A DNA stretch of 64,000 nt from an uncultured Gemmatimonadales bacterium (GTDB taxonomy: Bacteria > Gemmatimonadota > Gemmatimonadetes > Gemmatimonadales > GWC2-71-9): positions 416,001 to 480,000 of the forward strand of contig CAWCFX010000004.1 of the NCBI GenBank assembly GCA_963795085.1. Reading direction: 5' to 3'. A model generated the notes under the pieces. It had not been told where the DNA came from. It searched no databases and worked only from the letters and a program-made list of their open reading frames with translations. This document shows positions 49,142 through 64,000 of the stretch, piece by piece; position 1 is the first letter of the stretch, and the number at the start of each line of letters is the position of its first letter. The position numbers and the translations under genes were made by a program.

Positions 49142-51456
49142 CCACCGCGGAGCGCCTTGCCCAGGCCCTGGCCGACCGCTACCGCATCGAGCGGGAGCTG
49201 GGCGCCGGCGGCATGGCTACCGTGTACCTGGCCCACGACCTCCGCCACGACCGAAAGGTCGCCATCAAGGTCCTCCGGCCCGAGCTGGCCGCCGTGATCG
49301 GGGCGGAGCGGTTTCTCGCCGAGATCAGGGTGACGGCCAACCTGCAGCATCCCAACCTGCTGCCGCTCTTCGACTCGGGCGCGGCCGGGAGCTTTCTCTA
49401 TTATGTAATGCCCTTTGTCGAGGGCGAAACGCTGCGCCACCGGCTGGAGCGGGAGCGGCAGCTCCCGGTGGAGGAAGTCGTTCGCATCGTGACGCTGCTG
49501 TCGGGGGCGCTGGACTATGCCCACGCGCACGGAGTCATCCACCGTGACTTGAAACCGGAGAACATCCTGCTCCAGGCCGGCCAGCCGGTGATCGCCGATT
49601 TCGGCATCGCGCTGGCCGTGGCCCAGGCCGGCGGCGCTCGGGTCACCGAGACCGGTCTCTCCCTCGGCACCCCGCACTACATGAGCCCGGAACAGGCGGC
49701 GGGGGAACGGGAGATCACGGCGCACTCGGACCAGTACTCATTGGCGGCGGTGACGTACGAGCTGCTGAGCGGCGAGCCCCCGCACACCGGGCCCACGGCG
49801 CAGGTTATCGTGGCCCGCCTGATGACGGAGCGACCGCGCCGTCTCCGGGCGACCCGCTCGGCGGTGCCGCCGAGCGTTGATGCCGCGGTCGCTCGGGCGC
49901 TGAACAAGACGCCGGCGGATCGCTTCCCGTCCTGCGGCGCCTTTGCCCAGGCCATGGTGGCCCGGGCAACCCGGCGCCGGGTGGCCGGGTTCCTGGCTGC
50001 CGCCGCGCTCGCCGGGCTGGCGCTGACCGCTGCAGCCCTGTTTCTCCGGGGCCGTGAGCCGGCGGCGAGCGGCGGCGCGACACAATCGCTCGCCGTCCTT
50101 CCGTTGACCAACCTGAGCGGCGACCCGGCGGACGATTACTTCGGGATCGGCCTCGCGGAAGAGATGACCCGTGCCATCGCCCAGACTGGTGTCCGGGTGA
50201 TCGGGCGGGTCAGTGCAGGGGCGCTGCAGGCCCGGGGTCTCGACGAGCGCGCAATCGCGGAGGAACTGGGGGTCACCTCCCTCCTCACCGGTACGGTCCA
50301 GCGCTCCTCCGGCCAGGTGCGGATCAGCGTCACCCTGGTGTCGGCCAGTGATGGCGCTGTCCGCTGGAGCGAGCGGTACGACCGGCCCGTGGCCAACGTG
50401 TTCGCCGTGCAGGACGAGATCGCCGGCACCGTGGCCTCAACCCTGCTCGGCTCACTGAACCGCCGGGCCACCCCGGCTCGCCAGGCGGAGACGACCGACC
50501 CCGAGGCCCACGCCCTTTTCCTCCAGGGGCAGGTGCTCTTCAACCGGCGGGGCGCGGCCAACCTGCGCCAGGCGATCGTCCTCTTCGAGCGCGCCGCGGC
50601 GCGCGATCCAGGCTATGCCCGGGCCCAGGCGTCGCTGGCGATGGCGCAAGCCGTCCTCCCGGCCTACGTGGTGGACAGCACCCCGGAGATTCTCGCCAGC
50701 GCGGTCGCGGCGGCCGAGCGGGCCATCGCCATGGACTCGACCATCCCCGAGTCGTATACCGCGCTGGGCTACGGGTATTCGCTGCTGGGACAATTGCGCC
50801 GGGCCGAGCTCAACTTCCGTCGTTCGCTGGCGCTCGATTCAACCGTATCCACGACTTGGGGATGGTATTCGCTGCTCTCCAGCCGGCTGGGCGAGTTCCG
50901 GGAGGCCCAGGCCCAGGTGGCGCGGGGGCGCGAGCTGGAGCCGGCCTCCATGATCGCCCGGATCTGGGAAGCCCAGATCCTCCATGCCGAGGGCCGGTTT
51001 GCCGAGGCCGATTCGCTGGCCAGCGCCACCATGGCCATGGACTCGACGTTCCTGCTGGCCTGGACCTGGCGGGCCAACGCCCTGATGGCCATGGGGCAGA
51101 CGGCGCTCGCCGTGTCGCTGCTGGAGCGCCAGGTGGCGAAGCTGCCGCCCGTGGGTCGGCCCGAGCAGGCGCATGGCCAGCTCGCCTATGCCTACGCCAT
51201 CGCCGGCAGAATCCCCGAGGCGCGCGCGATGCTCCGGACGATCCGGGCGAGAAACGGCGGCGACCTTCCCGCCTTCGGTGCCGTGGCCGCGACGCTGGAA
51301 GAGCTGGGCGACCACGAGGAGGCCGTGGAGGTCCTGGGCCGGGCGATCAGCCGGAGCGACACCTGGACCGTCCAGTTCCCCCGGGTGGCGCAATATGCCC
51401 GGCTGCGGCGGGACCCGCGCGCGGCGGCCATGCTCGACCGACTGGCGGTGCGGTAA
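49138..51456 (+). CDS. Receptor-like Ser/Thr kinase K2 (kinase-TM-TolB-N-like-TPR)
   Basis: Kinase motifs HRDLKPEN, DFG; TM; SLAVLPLTNLSGD..DYFGIGLAEE, VQDEIA, DPEAHALFLQG, TPR helices. Confidence 0.93.
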   Translation: MTTAERLAQALADRYRIERELGAGGMATVYLAHDLRHDRKVAIKVLRPELAAVIGAERFLAEIRVTANLQHPNLLPLFDSGAAGSFLYYVMPFVEGETLRHRLERERQLPVEEVVRIVTLLSGALDYAHAHGVIHRDLKPENILLQAGQPVIADFGIALAVAQAGGARVTETGLSLGTPHYMSPEQAAGEREITAHSDQYSLAAVTYELLSGEPPHTGPTAQVIVARLMTERPRRLRATRSAVPPSVDAAVARALNKTPADRFPSCGAFAQAMVARATRRRVAGFLAAAALAGLALTAAALFLRGREPAASGGATQSLAVLPLTNLSGDPADDYFGIGLAEEMTRAIAQTGVRVIGRVSAGALQARGLDERAIAEELGVTSLLTGTVQRSSGQVRISVTLVSASDGAVRWSERYDRPVANVFAVQDEIAGTVASTLLGSLNRRATPARQAETTDPEAHALFLQGQVLFNRRGAANLRQAIVLFERAAARDPGYARAQASLAMAQAVLPAYVVDSTPEILASAVAAAERAIAMDSTIPESYTALGYGYSLLGQLRRAELNFRRSLALDSTVSTTWGWYSLLSSRLGEFREAQAQVARGRELEPASMIARIWEAQILHAEGRFAEADSLASATMAMDSTFLLAWTWRANALMAMGQTALAVSLLERQVAKLPPVGRPEQAHGQLAYAYAIAGRIPEARAMLRTIRARNGGDLPAFGAVAATLEELGDHEEAVEVLGRAISRSDTWTVQFPRVAQYARLRRDPRAAAMLDRLAVR

Positions 51457-51457
51457 G

Positions 51458-54061
51458 ATGAGCGATCCGATGTCCCGCCTCGCGACCGGCCTGGCCGACC
51501 GTTACCGCGTCGAGCGGGAGTTGGGGCAGGGCGGCATGGCCACCGTGTATCTCGCTGAAGATCTGAAGCACCGTCGCAACGTCGCGATCAAGGTGCTGCA
51601 TCCCGATCTGGGCGCGGCACTCGGCGCGGAGCGCTTTCTCTCGGAGATCAGCACCACGGCTCGCCTGCAGCACCCGCACATCCTCCCACTGCTCGATAGC
51701 GGCGAGGCCGACGGCCTTCTCTACTATGTGATGCCGCTCGTCACCGGGGAGACCTTGCGCTCGCGGCTCGAGCGGGAACGGCAGCTGCCGGTCCAGGATG
51801 CAGTTCGCATCGCCCGCGAGGTGGCCGATGCCCTCGGCTGCGCTCACGCCCAGGGCGTCATCCATCGCGATATCAAGCCGGAGAACATCCTGCTCCAGGG
51901 GGGCCACGCGCTGGTCGCGGATTTCGGAATTGCCCTCGCCGTTCAGGAGGCGGGCGGGCAGCGACTGACGCAGACGGGACTCTCGCTCGGCACGCCGCAG
52001 TACATGTCACCCGAACAGGCGATGGGCGAGAAGCAGGTTGACCGGCGCAGTGATATCTACGCGCTCGGCGCTGTGACGTACGAGATGCTCATCGGGGAAG
52101 CGCCGTTCACCGGACCAACGGTGCAGTCTATTGTGGCCCGGATCATGACCGAAGAACCCCGTCACCTGGGAGTACAGAGAAAGGCAGTGCCTGGGCCGGT
52201 CGAGCATGCGGTGCTGCGCGCTCTCGAGAAGCTGCCCGCCGACCGGTGGGCGAGCGCGGAAGCCTTTGCCGCGGCACTCGAGGAGCAGCCTGGCCCGGCG
52301 CCGCGCGCGTCCGCTCCCCGGGCCATTGCGCCGGCACCACGGGTCCGCCTGGTGATCGGGGTGGCCATCCTCGCGCTCGGTCTGCTTGCCGCCGCATGGT
52401 ACGTAAGCCGGGCACCGGGCAACCCATCGGCTAAGCCCCGCATCGTGGTGTTACCGGCCGTGAATCTGGCCGGCGCGGAGCAGGCCTACCTCGCCGATGG
52501 TATCGCGGAGGAGATCAACAACCGGCTGGTGGGATTGACCGGGGTCGAAGTCATTGGCCGCACCAGTGCCGAGCGATACCGGGGCACTCAGCTCACGCCG
52601 CGCCAGATCGGCGCCGAGCTCGACGCCAACTTCATCCTGGCGCTGCGCATCGGCATGGAGGGCCCGGCGGACGGCCAACGCATCAGGGTGAGTGCCGAGC
52701 TCCTCAATGCGGCAAACGAGACCCAGGTATGGGGGAAGACGTACCAGGCTCGGGCCACCGCGGACAACTTCGCGATGCAGGGTGAGATCGCCACCCAGGT
52801 GGCGGAGGAAATGGGTGTGACCCTGATCTCCGGAGACAGCGCCCGAGTCGCGGAGCGTCCCACCGAGAACCAGGAAGCCTATGACGACTACCTCAGGGCC
52901 ACTGGAATTCTCCGCGAGAAGAGCTCGATCACCCAGTTCTTCGATGCCGCCCGGTACCTGCAGCGCGCGGTGGACCGGGATCCCGGGTTCGCCCAGGCGT
53001 GGGCGGCCCTGGGATACGCGCACGCTGAGATCTACTGGTTCTGGGGCGACCACTCGGCGGCTCGCCAGGAGTTGGCCCGGGCTGCCGGCGAGCGTGCTCG
53101 CGCGCTGGCGCCGAATGCCGCCGAAACCCACTTCGCCCTCGGCGTGATCGCCTACCATGGACACCTCGATTTTCCCCGTGCCCTCGAGCATCTCAACGCC
53201 GCGATCGCCGCCAAGCCGGGCCAGGCCCGCTTCCTGGAGTTCGTCGCCTACGTCCAGCGGCGTTCAGGCGACCTGGAAGCGGCGCTGGCAAACGCCCGGC
53301 GGGCGCTCGCGCTTGATCCCCGGAACGTACGGATCCTGGGTGACGCCATGGGCCAGACGCTGGTGTACCTGGGACACTCAGCCGAAGCGCTGAGGTCTGC
53401 CGCCCGGGCGACCGATCTCGATCCCGAGGACTGGCAACCGCACCATACCCTGATGCTGGCACACACGCAGATGGGAGATCTCGCCGGGGCAGAGGCCGCC
53501 GCCCGGGCCACCATGGTACGGCCGGGAGTGCAGGGCTTCCTGGTGGACCGGCCGAGGGACCTGGCCTGGGTCATAGGACGCCTTCCGCTGGAAGAGCAAG
53601 TCACCCTCGCGCACACCTATCCTCCTCTCAGTCCCGAGATATCTGACACGGCGATGTATTTCCTGGTACACGCGGAGATCCTGAGCAGCGCGGGACTCGA
53701 CGGCCGAGTGAAATATGAACGTGCAGCCGAGCATATCGAGCGGCTCATTGCCAGCCAGCCGAATGAAGGTTGGTACTACGACCGCCTGGGCACGGCCTAC
53801 CGGGGACTGGGGCGAGTGGATGAGGCCATTCGCGCGGGACGCCGGGCGGTCGAGCTGCTGGCACCGCTCGACCGATTTGAAGGACCCGAGGTCTCCCTCA
53901 ACCTCGCCCAGAGTTACCTGGCTGCCGGGGACCAGGGGCAGGCCGCTGCACTGGCGCGGGCGTTCATCCGGTCTTTGCCGGGCAACCGGCTCCTTCTCAA
54001 GCACGATCCTCAATACGCCGCCTTACGCGATCTGCCCCAGGTGAGGGAGCTGCTGCGATGA
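51458..54061 (+). CDS. Receptor-like Ser/Thr kinase K3 (kinase-TM-TolB-N-like-TPR)
   Basis: Start MSDPMSRLATGLADRY, 1 nt after the K2 stop; IVVLPAVNL..YLADGIAEEI, PTENQEAYDDYLRA, TPRs. Confidence 0.93.
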   Translation: MSDPMSRLATGLADRYRVERELGQGGMATVYLAEDLKHRRNVAIKVLHPDLGAALGAERFLSEISTTARLQHPHILPLLDSGEADGLLYYVMPLVTGETLRSRLERERQLPVQDAVRIAREVADALGCAHAQGVIHRDIKPENILLQGGHALVADFGIALAVQEAGGQRLTQTGLSLGTPQYMSPEQAMGEKQVDRRSDIYALGAVTYEMLIGEAPFTGPTVQSIVARIMTEEPRHLGVQRKAVPGPVEHAVLRALEKLPADRWASAEAFAAALEEQPGPAPRASAPRAIAPAPRVRLVIGVAILALGLLAAAWYVSRAPGNPSAKPRIVVLPAVNLAGAEQAYLADGIAEEINNRLVGLTGVEVIGRTSAERYRGTQLTPRQIGAELDANFILALRIGMEGPADGQRIRVSAELLNAANETQVWGKTYQARATADNFAMQGEIATQVAEEMGVTLISGDSARVAERPTENQEAYDDYLRATGILREKSSITQFFDAARYLQRAVDRDPGFAQAWAALGYAHAEIYWFWGDHSAARQELARAAGERARALAPNAAETHFALGVIAYHGHLDFPRALEHLNAAIAAKPGQARFLEFVAYVQRRSGDLEAALANARRALALDPRNVRILGDAMGQTLVYLGHSAEALRSAARATDLDPEDWQPHHTLMLAHTQMGDLAGAEAAARATMVRPGVQGFLVDRPRDLAWVIGRLPLEEQVTLAHTYPPLSPEISDTAMYFLVHAEILSSAGLDGRVKYERAAEHIERLIASQPNEGWYYDRLGTAYRGLGRVDEAIRAGRRAVELLAPLDRFEGPEVSLNLAQSYLAAGDQGQAAALARAFIRSLPGNRLLLKHDPQYAALRDLPQVRELLR

Positions 54062-56772
54062 GCGGTGCTCTGGACCGACTGTCATCCGCCCTCGCCGAGC
54101 GCTACCGTATCGAGCAGGAACTCGGCGCCGGCGGCATGGCCACCGTGTACCTGGCCCACGATGTCCGCCACGACCGCAAGGTCGCCATCAAGGTCCTCCG
54201 CCCCGAGCTGGCCGCGGTGATCGGCGCCGAGCGCTTCCTCCGAGAGATCAAGACGGTCGCCAACCTGCAGCATCCCCACATCCTCGGCCTGATCGACTCC
54301 GGCGAGGTAAACGGCACCGCCTATTACGTCATGCCCTTCGTCGAGGGCGAGTCGCTCCGCGACCGGCTGAGCCGGGAGAAACAGTTGCCGGTCCCCCTCG
54401 CCGTCCGCTGGGCCAGCGAGATCGCGGCGGCGCTCGACTACGCTCACCGCCACGGCGTGATCCATCGGGACATCAAGCCGGAGAACATCCTGCTCCACGA
54501 CGGCTCGGCGCTCGTCGCCGACTTCGGCATCGCGCTGGCGGTGACCTCCGTCGGCGGGAGCCGGATGACCGAGACCGGGATGTCCCTGGGCACCCCCCAC
54601 TACATGAGCCCCGAGCAGGCGATGGGGGAGCGGGAGATCGGCCCGGCCAGCGATGTCTATGCCCTTGGCGCGGTGACCTTCGAAATGCTGGCCGGCGAGC
54701 CACCTTTCACCGGTCCTACCGCCCAGGCCATCGTTGCCCGGGTGATGACCGCGGAGCCGCCCGACCTGGCATCATTGCGGAAGACAGTGCCGGAGCACGT
54801 CGCGGCAGCAGTTGATACCGCGCTACAGAAGCTTCCCGCCGACCGGTTTCCCACCGCGACCGCATTTGCCCAGGCGCTGGGAGCCCCGGGGCCCACGACC
54901 GGCCGGCGGGTGCGCGCGGTGGTCGGCCCGGTCCGCCGGTCGGTCCCGCTTTTCCTTGCCATCGGGCTCGCCGCGCTCGCGCTGGTGCTGGGCGGACTGG
55001 CGGCCGTGCTGGCCTTGGGCGCCAGGCGCGGAGACCCAGTCGGGGTCCGGGTGGCCGCCCGGCTTCCCGCCGGCCAGGAATTCCTCGCCGGTCGGGCCCT
55101 CGGCGTGGCAATTCCTCCCGACGGCTCCGGCGTCCTTTATCTGGGGCCCGGCGTCGGCCGGCGGCTGCAGTACTGGTTCCGCCAATGGGACCGGATCGGC
55201 GCCGAGCGGCTGACCCGCTCGGTCGATGAAGGGTGCTGCGCCAGCTACTCTCCCTCCGGCGACACGATCGCGTACCTCTCTGCCCCCCGCTCACTCAACC
55301 TGCTCCCGCTCAACGGCGGGCAGGCGACCACGCTGTCCGATTCCGGGTTGCTTTCGGTGACCGACTGGTGGGCCGGCCTCGACTGGTCGAAGGATGGCTG
55401 GCTCTACGCCGGCGGCTCCGAAGGCCTGCTCAGGATTGATCCCCGAACCGGGGCCCGCGAGATCGTGGCCCGGCACGACTCGGCCCGTGGCGACCTGGCC
55501 TTCCTCTGGCCCCAGGTACTGCCGGGGGGCAAGGGCGCGGTGGTGACGGTAGTCGGGCGACAGGCTCCGATCGATCCCGAGCGCGCCTCGATCGGGATCG
55601 TCGATTTCAGCACGGGACGGGTCCGGGTGATCCAGCAGGGCATCCGTGCGATTTACGCTTCCACGGGGCACCTGCTCGTAGTCAAGCCCAACGGCGTGCT
55701 CTGGGCGGTGCCCTTCGACCCGGGGTCCTTCGACGTGCGGGGGACCGAGCGCGAGTTGCGCGATACGCTCGCGGTCCGCACCGGGAGCGCCGGCCCGGGC
55801 ACCGTCGATCTCGCGCTGGACCGCCACGGAACCCTGGTCTACGTGGCGGGCGGCATCGAGTCGTTCCGGGCGGTCATGGTCGATCGTTCCGGCGCCGTGC
55901 GCCCCCTGTCCGATGATGTCGCCGCCCTCCTGCTGGACAGCCCCGCCCTTTCGTCCGACGGCCGCCGGCTGGCGATCGGGATGCGCGCCGAGGACCGCAC
56001 GTCCCAGATCTGGGTCCATGCCATGGGCGATGGCGCCATGGGCCGGTTGACCTTCGACGGTCTCCTGAACATTCGGCCGCGCTGGCGTCCGGGAACCGGC
56101 ACCCTGAGCTACCTTGGCTTTGCCGGGATCGGCAAGATCGACTTCCACGTGTTCGAGCGCGACGCCGGCGGACGGGGCGGCGTGCGCCGGATCTTCACGG
56201 GCGACCCGCGAAGCGTGGGGTCCCACGCCTGGTCGCCCGACGGACGGTGGCTGATTTTCCGGACCGACGACCAGGCCGCCGGCAACGGCGACATTCTCGC
56301 CATCCGTCCCGGGGTGGACACCGTGCCCCGCGCCCTGGTGGCCACCCCCGCCGAGGAAATGGGCCCGGCCGTATCTCCGGATGGCCGGTGGCTGGCGTAT
56401 ACCTCCAATGAAACCGGCCGCCGGGAGGTGTACGTCCGTCCCTTCCCCGCGACCGACGAGGCGCGCTTCCTGATCTCGCCCAGCGGCGGCATGACCCCGG
56501 TCTGGGCCCGGAACGGGCGAGAGCTGTTCTACCTGGACGCGTCCGGCAACATGGTCGCCGTCCCGGTCGAAGGCGGCGACTCGTTTCGCTCCGGCTCGCC
56601 CGAGGTCCTGTTCCCGGCGACCCAATATTTCACGATGCCCTACCATCCGCAGTATGACGTGACGCCCGATGGCCAGCGCTTCGTGATGCTGAGCGCCCGG
56701 TCGGAAAACCTCGGGCTGGTCCTGGTGACCGGATTTCTTGCCGACCTGGAGCGACGGATGGAAACACAATGA
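54058..56772 (+). CDS. Receptor-like Ser/Thr kinase K4 (kinase-TM-PD40 beta-propeller)
   Basis: ATGA overlap with K3; complete kinase motifs; TM; SPDGRWLAYTSNETGRREVYVRPF. Confidence 0.93.
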   Translation: MSGALDRLSSALAERYRIEQELGAGGMATVYLAHDVRHDRKVAIKVLRPELAAVIGAERFLREIKTVANLQHPHILGLIDSGEVNGTAYYVMPFVEGESLRDRLSREKQLPVPLAVRWASEIAAALDYAHRHGVIHRDIKPENILLHDGSALVADFGIALAVTSVGGSRMTETGMSLGTPHYMSPEQAMGEREIGPASDVYALGAVTFEMLAGEPPFTGPTAQAIVARVMTAEPPDLASLRKTVPEHVAAAVDTALQKLPADRFPTATAFAQALGAPGPTTGRRVRAVVGPVRRSVPLFLAIGLAALALVLGGLAAVLALGARRGDPVGVRVAARLPAGQEFLAGRALGVAIPPDGSGVLYLGPGVGRRLQYWFRQWDRIGAERLTRSVDEGCCASYSPSGDTIAYLSAPRSLNLLPLNGGQATTLSDSGLLSVTDWWAGLDWSKDGWLYAGGSEGLLRIDPRTGAREIVARHDSARGDLAFLWPQVLPGGKGAVVTVVGRQAPIDPERASIGIVDFSTGRVRVIQQGIRAIYASTGHLLVVKPNGVLWAVPFDPGSFDVRGTERELRDTLAVRTGSAGPGTVDLALDRHGTLVYVAGGIESFRAVMVDRSGAVRPLSDDVAALLLDSPALSSDGRRLAIGMRAEDRTSQIWVHAMGDGAMGRLTFDGLLNIRPRWRPGTGTLSYLGFAGIGKIDFHVFERDAGGRGGVRRIFTGDPRSVGSHAWSPDGRWLIFRTDDQAAGNGDILAIRPGVDTVPRALVATPAEEMGPAVSPDGRWLAYTSNETGRREVYVRPFPATDEARFLISPSGGMTPVWARNGRELFYLDASGNMVAVPVEGGDSFRSGSPEVLFPATQYFTMPYHPQYDVTPDGQRFVMLSARSENLGLVLVTGFLADLERRMETQ

Positions 56773-57968
56773 AAGGGGGCCTCGTGCGGGTCCCATACCT
56801 TCTCATGCTGCTGACCGGTTGCTCGGCGTCCCGGGAGGCGGCGGCTCCACCCGCGGAAGGCAGCGACTATCTCTACCTCTGGACCGCCGGCGCCGACTCG
56901 GCGGCCCCCGACTTCCTCGCCGTCTACGACGTGCGGCCTGACAGCGGGCGATACGGCGCGCTGGTGACGACCGTGCCGGTCGGGAGCGGAAACAACGGCC
57001 CGCATCACAGCGAGCACGAGCTGGCGGCCGACCGGCAGCTGTTCGTCAACGGGTATGGGAGCGGTAAGAGCTTCATCTTCGACCTCCGCGATGGCGCCAC
57101 CCCGAAGCTGGTTGGCGAGTTCGGCGACCAGGCGGGGATGAGCCACCCGCACAGCTTCCTCCGCCTGCCCGGCGGCAACGTGCTGGCCACATATCAGATG
57201 AGGCACGATTCCGCGGGCATGGGGCCGGGCGGCCTGGTCGAGATGACCCCGGCCGGCGCCGTGGTCCGTTCCAGCCCGGCGACGGGACCAGGCGTCCCGC
57301 CGGGCCTCCGTGTGTATTCCGGCGCCGTGGTGCCGGCCCTCGACCGGATCGTCACCTCGACGACCGACATGGACGAGAAGAACCCGTACCTGGCCGACCA
57401 GGTCCAGGTCTGGCGGCTTTCGACCCTGGAACTCCTGCACACGATCACGCTTCCGCCGGGCCCGCTCGGCGACGAGAGTCACTACACCGCGGAACCCCGG
57501 CTTCTTTCCGACGGCCGGACCGTCATGGTCTCCACCTTCAATTGCGGGCTGTACCTGCTCGAAGGCCTTGACGGTGACGAGCCCGCCGGCCGCCTGGTGG
57601 CGACCTTCCCCCGGAAGCCGGACAGTTATTGCGCCATCCCGGTGGTGGCGGGGCGGTTCTGGCTGACGACCGTGCCTGCGGTTCCCGGCGTGGTGAGCCT
57701 CGACATCTCGGACCCGGCCAACCCGCGGGAAGCCGGGCGGCTGGCGCTGGGCGCGGAGGACATTCCCCACTGGATCGCGCTGGAGCCCAACGGCCGGCGG
57801 GTGGTGATGACCGGGTATGGCGCGATGAAGAACCGGGTGCTGATGGCGACGTTCGATTCCGCGACCGGCAGGCTGGCGCTGGACCAGCGATTCCGCCCGG
57901 TGGATGCCTCGACTGCCGGCTTCTCCGTCGACGGCATCCCCCACGGCGCGGTGTTCAGCCGGCCATGA
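56769..57968 (+). CDS. Selenium-binding protein (SBP56)-like beta-propeller lipoprotein
   Basis: Lipobox LLTGC; PDFLAVYDV.PDS..YG, PHHSEH, HPHSF, EPR, PHWIALEP, PHGAVF. Confidence 0.7.
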   Translation: MKGGLVRVPYLLMLLTGCSASREAAAPPAEGSDYLYLWTAGADSAAPDFLAVYDVRPDSGRYGALVTTVPVGSGNNGPHHSEHELAADRQLFVNGYGSGKSFIFDLRDGATPKLVGEFGDQAGMSHPHSFLRLPGGNVLATYQMRHDSAGMGPGGLVEMTPAGAVVRSSPATGPGVPPGLRVYSGAVVPALDRIVTSTTDMDEKNPYLADQVQVWRLSTLELLHTITLPPGPLGDESHYTAEPRLLSDGRTVMVSTFNCGLYLLEGLDGDEPAGRLVATFPRKPDSYCAIPVVAGRFWLTTVPAVPGVVSLDISDPANPREAGRLALGAEDIPHWIALEPNGRRVVMTGYGAMKNRVLMATFDSATGRLALDQRFRPVDASTAGFSVDGIPHGAVFSRP

Positions 57969-58029
57969 CGGGCGGGCGCGGAATGGCCCCCTGTCAGTCC
58001 ACCGCCCTGGCGGTGCCGAACGGCGAAAT

Positions 58030-58058
58030 TTGACAATGTGACCATATATGGTCATAAT
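58030..58058 (+). promoter_or_regulatory. TA operon promoter with palindromic operator
   Basis: TTGACA (58030-35) - 17 nt - CATAAT (58053-58); perfect 16-bp palindrome TGACCATATATGGTCA (58039-54). Confidence 0.85.
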
Positions 58059-58064
58059 GAGGCC

Positions 58065-58334
58065 ATGAAAACCCGAGCGGAAAAGCAGGTCAAGGTCGCC
58101 GAGCTGAAGGCTCGGCTCAGCGCGTATCTCAAGGCCGTCCGCCGGGGGGAACCGGTCACCGTCTGCGACCGGGATACCCCGATCGCCCGGCTGGTGCCCT
58201 ACCGGCCAGCGGGTGAACCGCTCGCCGTCCGGGAGCCGGTGCGTGCGCTGGACGCCGTCACCCTGCCCGCGCCGCTGAAGCGCCCGGTGGACAGCCTGGC
58301 GGTTCTGCTCGAGGGACGGCAGCCATCACGGTGA
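58065..58334 (+). CDS. Phd/YefM family antitoxin
   Basis: VKVAELKARLSAYLKAVRRGEPVTVCDRDTPIARLVP. Confidence 0.92.
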   Translation: MKTRAEKQVKVAELKARLSAYLKAVRRGEPVTVCDRDTPIARLVPYRPAGEPLAVREPVRALDAVTLPAPLKRPVDSLAVLLEGRQPSR

Positions 58335-58750
58335 TTGCCTATCTCGACGCCTCCGTGGTCCTCCGCCTGGTGCTGGGAGAGCCGAACCGGCTGGCCGAGT
58401 GGGCTGCGGTAACGGCCGCGGTGGCCAGCGCCCTGACCGAGGTCGAATCGCTCCGGACGCTGGACCGGCTGGTCCGCCTCGGCGCGCTGCCCGAGGCGGA
58501 GCTGGTGCCCCGGCGCGAGGCGGTCTATCGGATGCTGGAAGCCGCCGAAGTCGTCGACGTTGGCCGGCCGGTGCTCCGCCGCGCCTCCGATCCCTTTCCG
58601 ACTCCACTGGGAACCCTGGATGCCATTCACCTTGCGACCGCCCTGGCCTGGCGGGACATTCGGAACCTGGAGGTGACCATGGCCACGCACGACCTGGCAC
58701 TGGCGGCGGCATCGCGCGCCGTGGGCCTGCCGGTGGTGGGCGCGCCATGA
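58331..58750 (+). CDS. vapC: VapC-family PIN-domain toxin
   Basis: YLDASV, SALTEVE, LGTLDAIHLATA, THDLALAAA; GTGA overlap with the antitoxin. Confidence 0.92.
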   Translation: MIAYLDASVVLRLVLGEPNRLAEWAAVTAAVASALTEVESLRTLDRLVRLGALPEAELVPRREAVYRMLEAAEVVDVGRPVLRRASDPFPTPLGTLDAIHLATALAWRDIRNLEVTMATHDLALAAASRAVGLPVVGAP

Positions 58751-58781
58751 CCATCCTGCGACGAATCTCGCCGGAGGCGCC

Positions 58782-61391
<2,610 letters not shown>

Positions 61392-61484
61392 CGGGCCTGG
61401 TGTGCCATCCACCGCGCGCCAACACCCTGACAAAGGACACGGACCCAGGATGCGATCGATGGTCGATCGGCCTGGCCTGACGCA

Positions 61485-64000
<2,516 letters not shown>

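Overview
GC-rich bacterial chromosomal window. The 'ALADRYRIERELGAGGMATVYLA' kinase family, RCC1 lipoprotein and many Sec-exported hydrolases suggest Gemmatimonadota or a similar lineage (inference). The left part (1-30 kb) holds housekeeping and envelope genes: rsgA 3' end, several peptidases (P1/DmpA-type, S41, two M55), amidohydrolase, fused E1 alpha/beta 2-oxoacid dehydrogenase, ALDH, DUF2339-like protein, HAD hydrolase, a Ser/Thr kinase and lon. These are interspersed with G-rich short tandem repeats and several strongly structured intergenic regions. The middle holds a 2921-aa cyclic beta-1,2-glucan synthase, an alkaline-phosphatase-superfamily gene, gltS and two paralogous multicopper oxidases whose copper-ligand motifs are in a permuted four-domain order. 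The right 18 kb is the most striking part: a head-to-tail array of at least six receptor-like Ser/Thr kinases with closely similar kinase domains and different sensor C-termini (PD40 beta-propeller or TolB-N/TPR). The array also carries an aborted kinase start fused to a ~150-nt hairpin element, an SBP56-like beta-propeller gene and a Phd/VapC toxin-antitoxin module. No rRNA, tRNA, CRISPR array, transposase or integrase was recognised.
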